Shown: positions 62,286 to 64,000 of the stretch, piece by piece
How the letters are laid out: every line of letters begins with the position of its first letter
Position numbering within the stretch: the first letter of the stretch is position 1
Assembly: GCF_963921235.1 (NCBI RefSeq)
Contig: NC_086097.1
Location: forward strand, 102,860,001 to 102,924,000
Direction: 5' to 3'
DNA from: Mobula hypostoma
Lineage: Eukaryota
DNA length: 64,000 bases
The notes under the pieces: model-generated
What the model was told of the DNA's origin: nothing
Seen by the model: the letters and a program-made list of their open reading frames with translations, nothing else
The model's database searches: none
Made by a program: the position numbers and the translations under genes

Positions 62286-64000
62286 TGTAACCCCCAGGTT
62301 CTCTTGACTGCGTAAGTCTAAGAAAGACAATCTCTGGCCCCACCAAATGTGTGAAATCGAGGTGCGAAACCTTCTGTTTGTGTGGATGCTGCATGATATG
62401 TTACCCTGTTACTAACAGACAGTACACCATATGCAATGAAACAATTTAGCTTTATAATTCTTAATTTGACTAAAGGGTTAGTGAAGAAAAACAAAAAGAA
62501 AAGGGCCCATTTTAATGAAACAGTCTAATATGCACAAGTTGGAGCTCACGGTTTCCCCTTCACCGATCCTCCTTCGACCTCCCCGGGCTTCGTCAGATCA
62601 TGGTCCCTTTCCAGCATCTTCTTTCTTCATCTTCCACCAAACAAAAGACGCAGATCACCCTGGTGTCAGGCACACGGCATGAAATCACCCTCCCGTCATT
62701 GGACAGCTCACATTCCAAAGCACCCGTTATCTCTAACCATAACCCAAACACTGTAGCTACAGAAAGACCATTACATTAGCAGCAAAACCTTTCCCAGGGT
62801 GTTACACTCTTCCCCCCCACCAGAATTTAGTCATGTCCTCATGACATTGAGATAATTTGCCAAAACTTCATTCAAAGCACAAAGTCCAACCCAGGTGCAA
62901 AAGGCAGTGACAGGTGCCACACTCTGTTCCCCCAGTGCTACATAGGCCAGCCTATCCAGTGGTCTCCTGATTCTTTGAGACCTCCTTACCCCCTCATCTA
63001 CTTCTTCAGGTTCAGACATTCCTTGGGATACTTCAGCTCTACCTGATGAGGTCTCCCTCAGTCTATCACTCATGCCCTCCTGCAACTCCGACCCCTCCGT
63101 CCCTTGGCTGAGCCCCACTTCATCCTTTGCAGGGTCCCGCTGAAACCCAGTCTGTCCACAGATAGTCCCCCCAACTTCACCTGACTCAGTGTGAGAAGGG
63201 TTGGGAATCTCTTCCTCAGTCACTGGGAGTCAGCAAAAGGCAGCATATACTGCACCTCCATTTCCTCATCCTCCGAGTCTGTATCCCATTCAATGGTGGG
63301 GGCAGTCTAATCTCTCCTACTGTTGGTCCTTCAGTTGCTCTGTGTTGCTGTGGAGTCCTCCTAATAGGTGTAGGCTCCAGGTCGGGCTCTGGGTCAACAC
63401 GCATCTCTTGTCCCAGAGGCAGAGGTGGTTCTGATGGAGAGTATTGACAGGCCCATTCCCATCCTCTGGTTTCACTCGGAAAACTGGTATATTTGGAATC
63501 TGACTCTCCACTGCATAGGGCATAGCCGCCCAGCGGTCAGTCAACATATGCTTCCCAGGTAGCCCCAAGTTCCTTATGAGGACTTGGTCTTTCGGCATAA
63601 GTTGGGAGAACCTAACCTTTTAATCATGCCTTCTCTTATTTCCTTGATTTTGCTTACCAGCTGCGACCTCAGCTAATTTATAAGCCTTTTTCGGCTCCCT
63701 TCTCATATCAGACACATACTTCCGATAAGTCGTCAGTGGTAGGTCTTCCTCGCCAGACCCAAAACAAAGGTTGCCTCACGCCCAAACTTCAGATAATATG
63801 GCGAGTACCTGGTAGCTTCATTTCGTGTACAGTTGTAGCAGTGGACCAGATGTCCAATATGTTGACTCCACTTGTTCTTTTACTGATTTCCAAGGTTCCG
63901 AGTATGTCTAGAAAGGTCTGATTAAACCTCCCTGGCTGGGGATCACCCTTCGGGTAATAAGGAGTAGTCCTCGACTTCTCGACTCCAAGCATGCCCATGT
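62286..64000 (-). mobile_element. Second copy of the PNMA-gag Gypsy family: integrase end, PPT (62807-62818) and complete 3' LTR (62286-62806); runs off the window
   Basis: KSRTTPYYPKGDPQPGRFN; collinear with 23770-25396; LTR TGTAAC...GTTACA. Confidence 0.93.

Overview
Vertebrate genomic DNA, very probably from a cartilaginous fish (ray-like repeat complement: CR1, V-SINE/HE1-type SINEs, abundant Penelope pLTRs). Only one host gene is recognisable: a peripherin-2-like tetraspanin (RDS2/prph2l type) on the minus strand. Its two coding exons are 3598-4175 and 313-559; the last exon lies left of the window. A CpG-rich putative promoter with CRX-type motifs and a 32-bp GC-rich minisatellite lie upstream. 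Most of the remaining ~57 kb is nested, decayed retroelements: CR1, L1, Rex1/Babar, RTE and Nimb LINEs, Penelope-like elements, two inverted copies of a PNMA-gag Gypsy, a second Gypsy remnant, three solo LTRs with TSDs, and SINEs. The most notable signals are: (i) minimal type-I hammerhead ribozyme motifs in many Penelope terminal repeats, including a fold-back palindrome and a tiny TSD-flanked insertion; (ii) a ~480-bp tract of anomalously high identity, with a shared frame break, between the two inverted Gypsy copies; (iii) two non-autonomous retroposon families with an L1/YY1-like head and a simple-repeat LINE-type tail. I found no evidence for a new protein-coding system. All divergence values are by-eye estimates.
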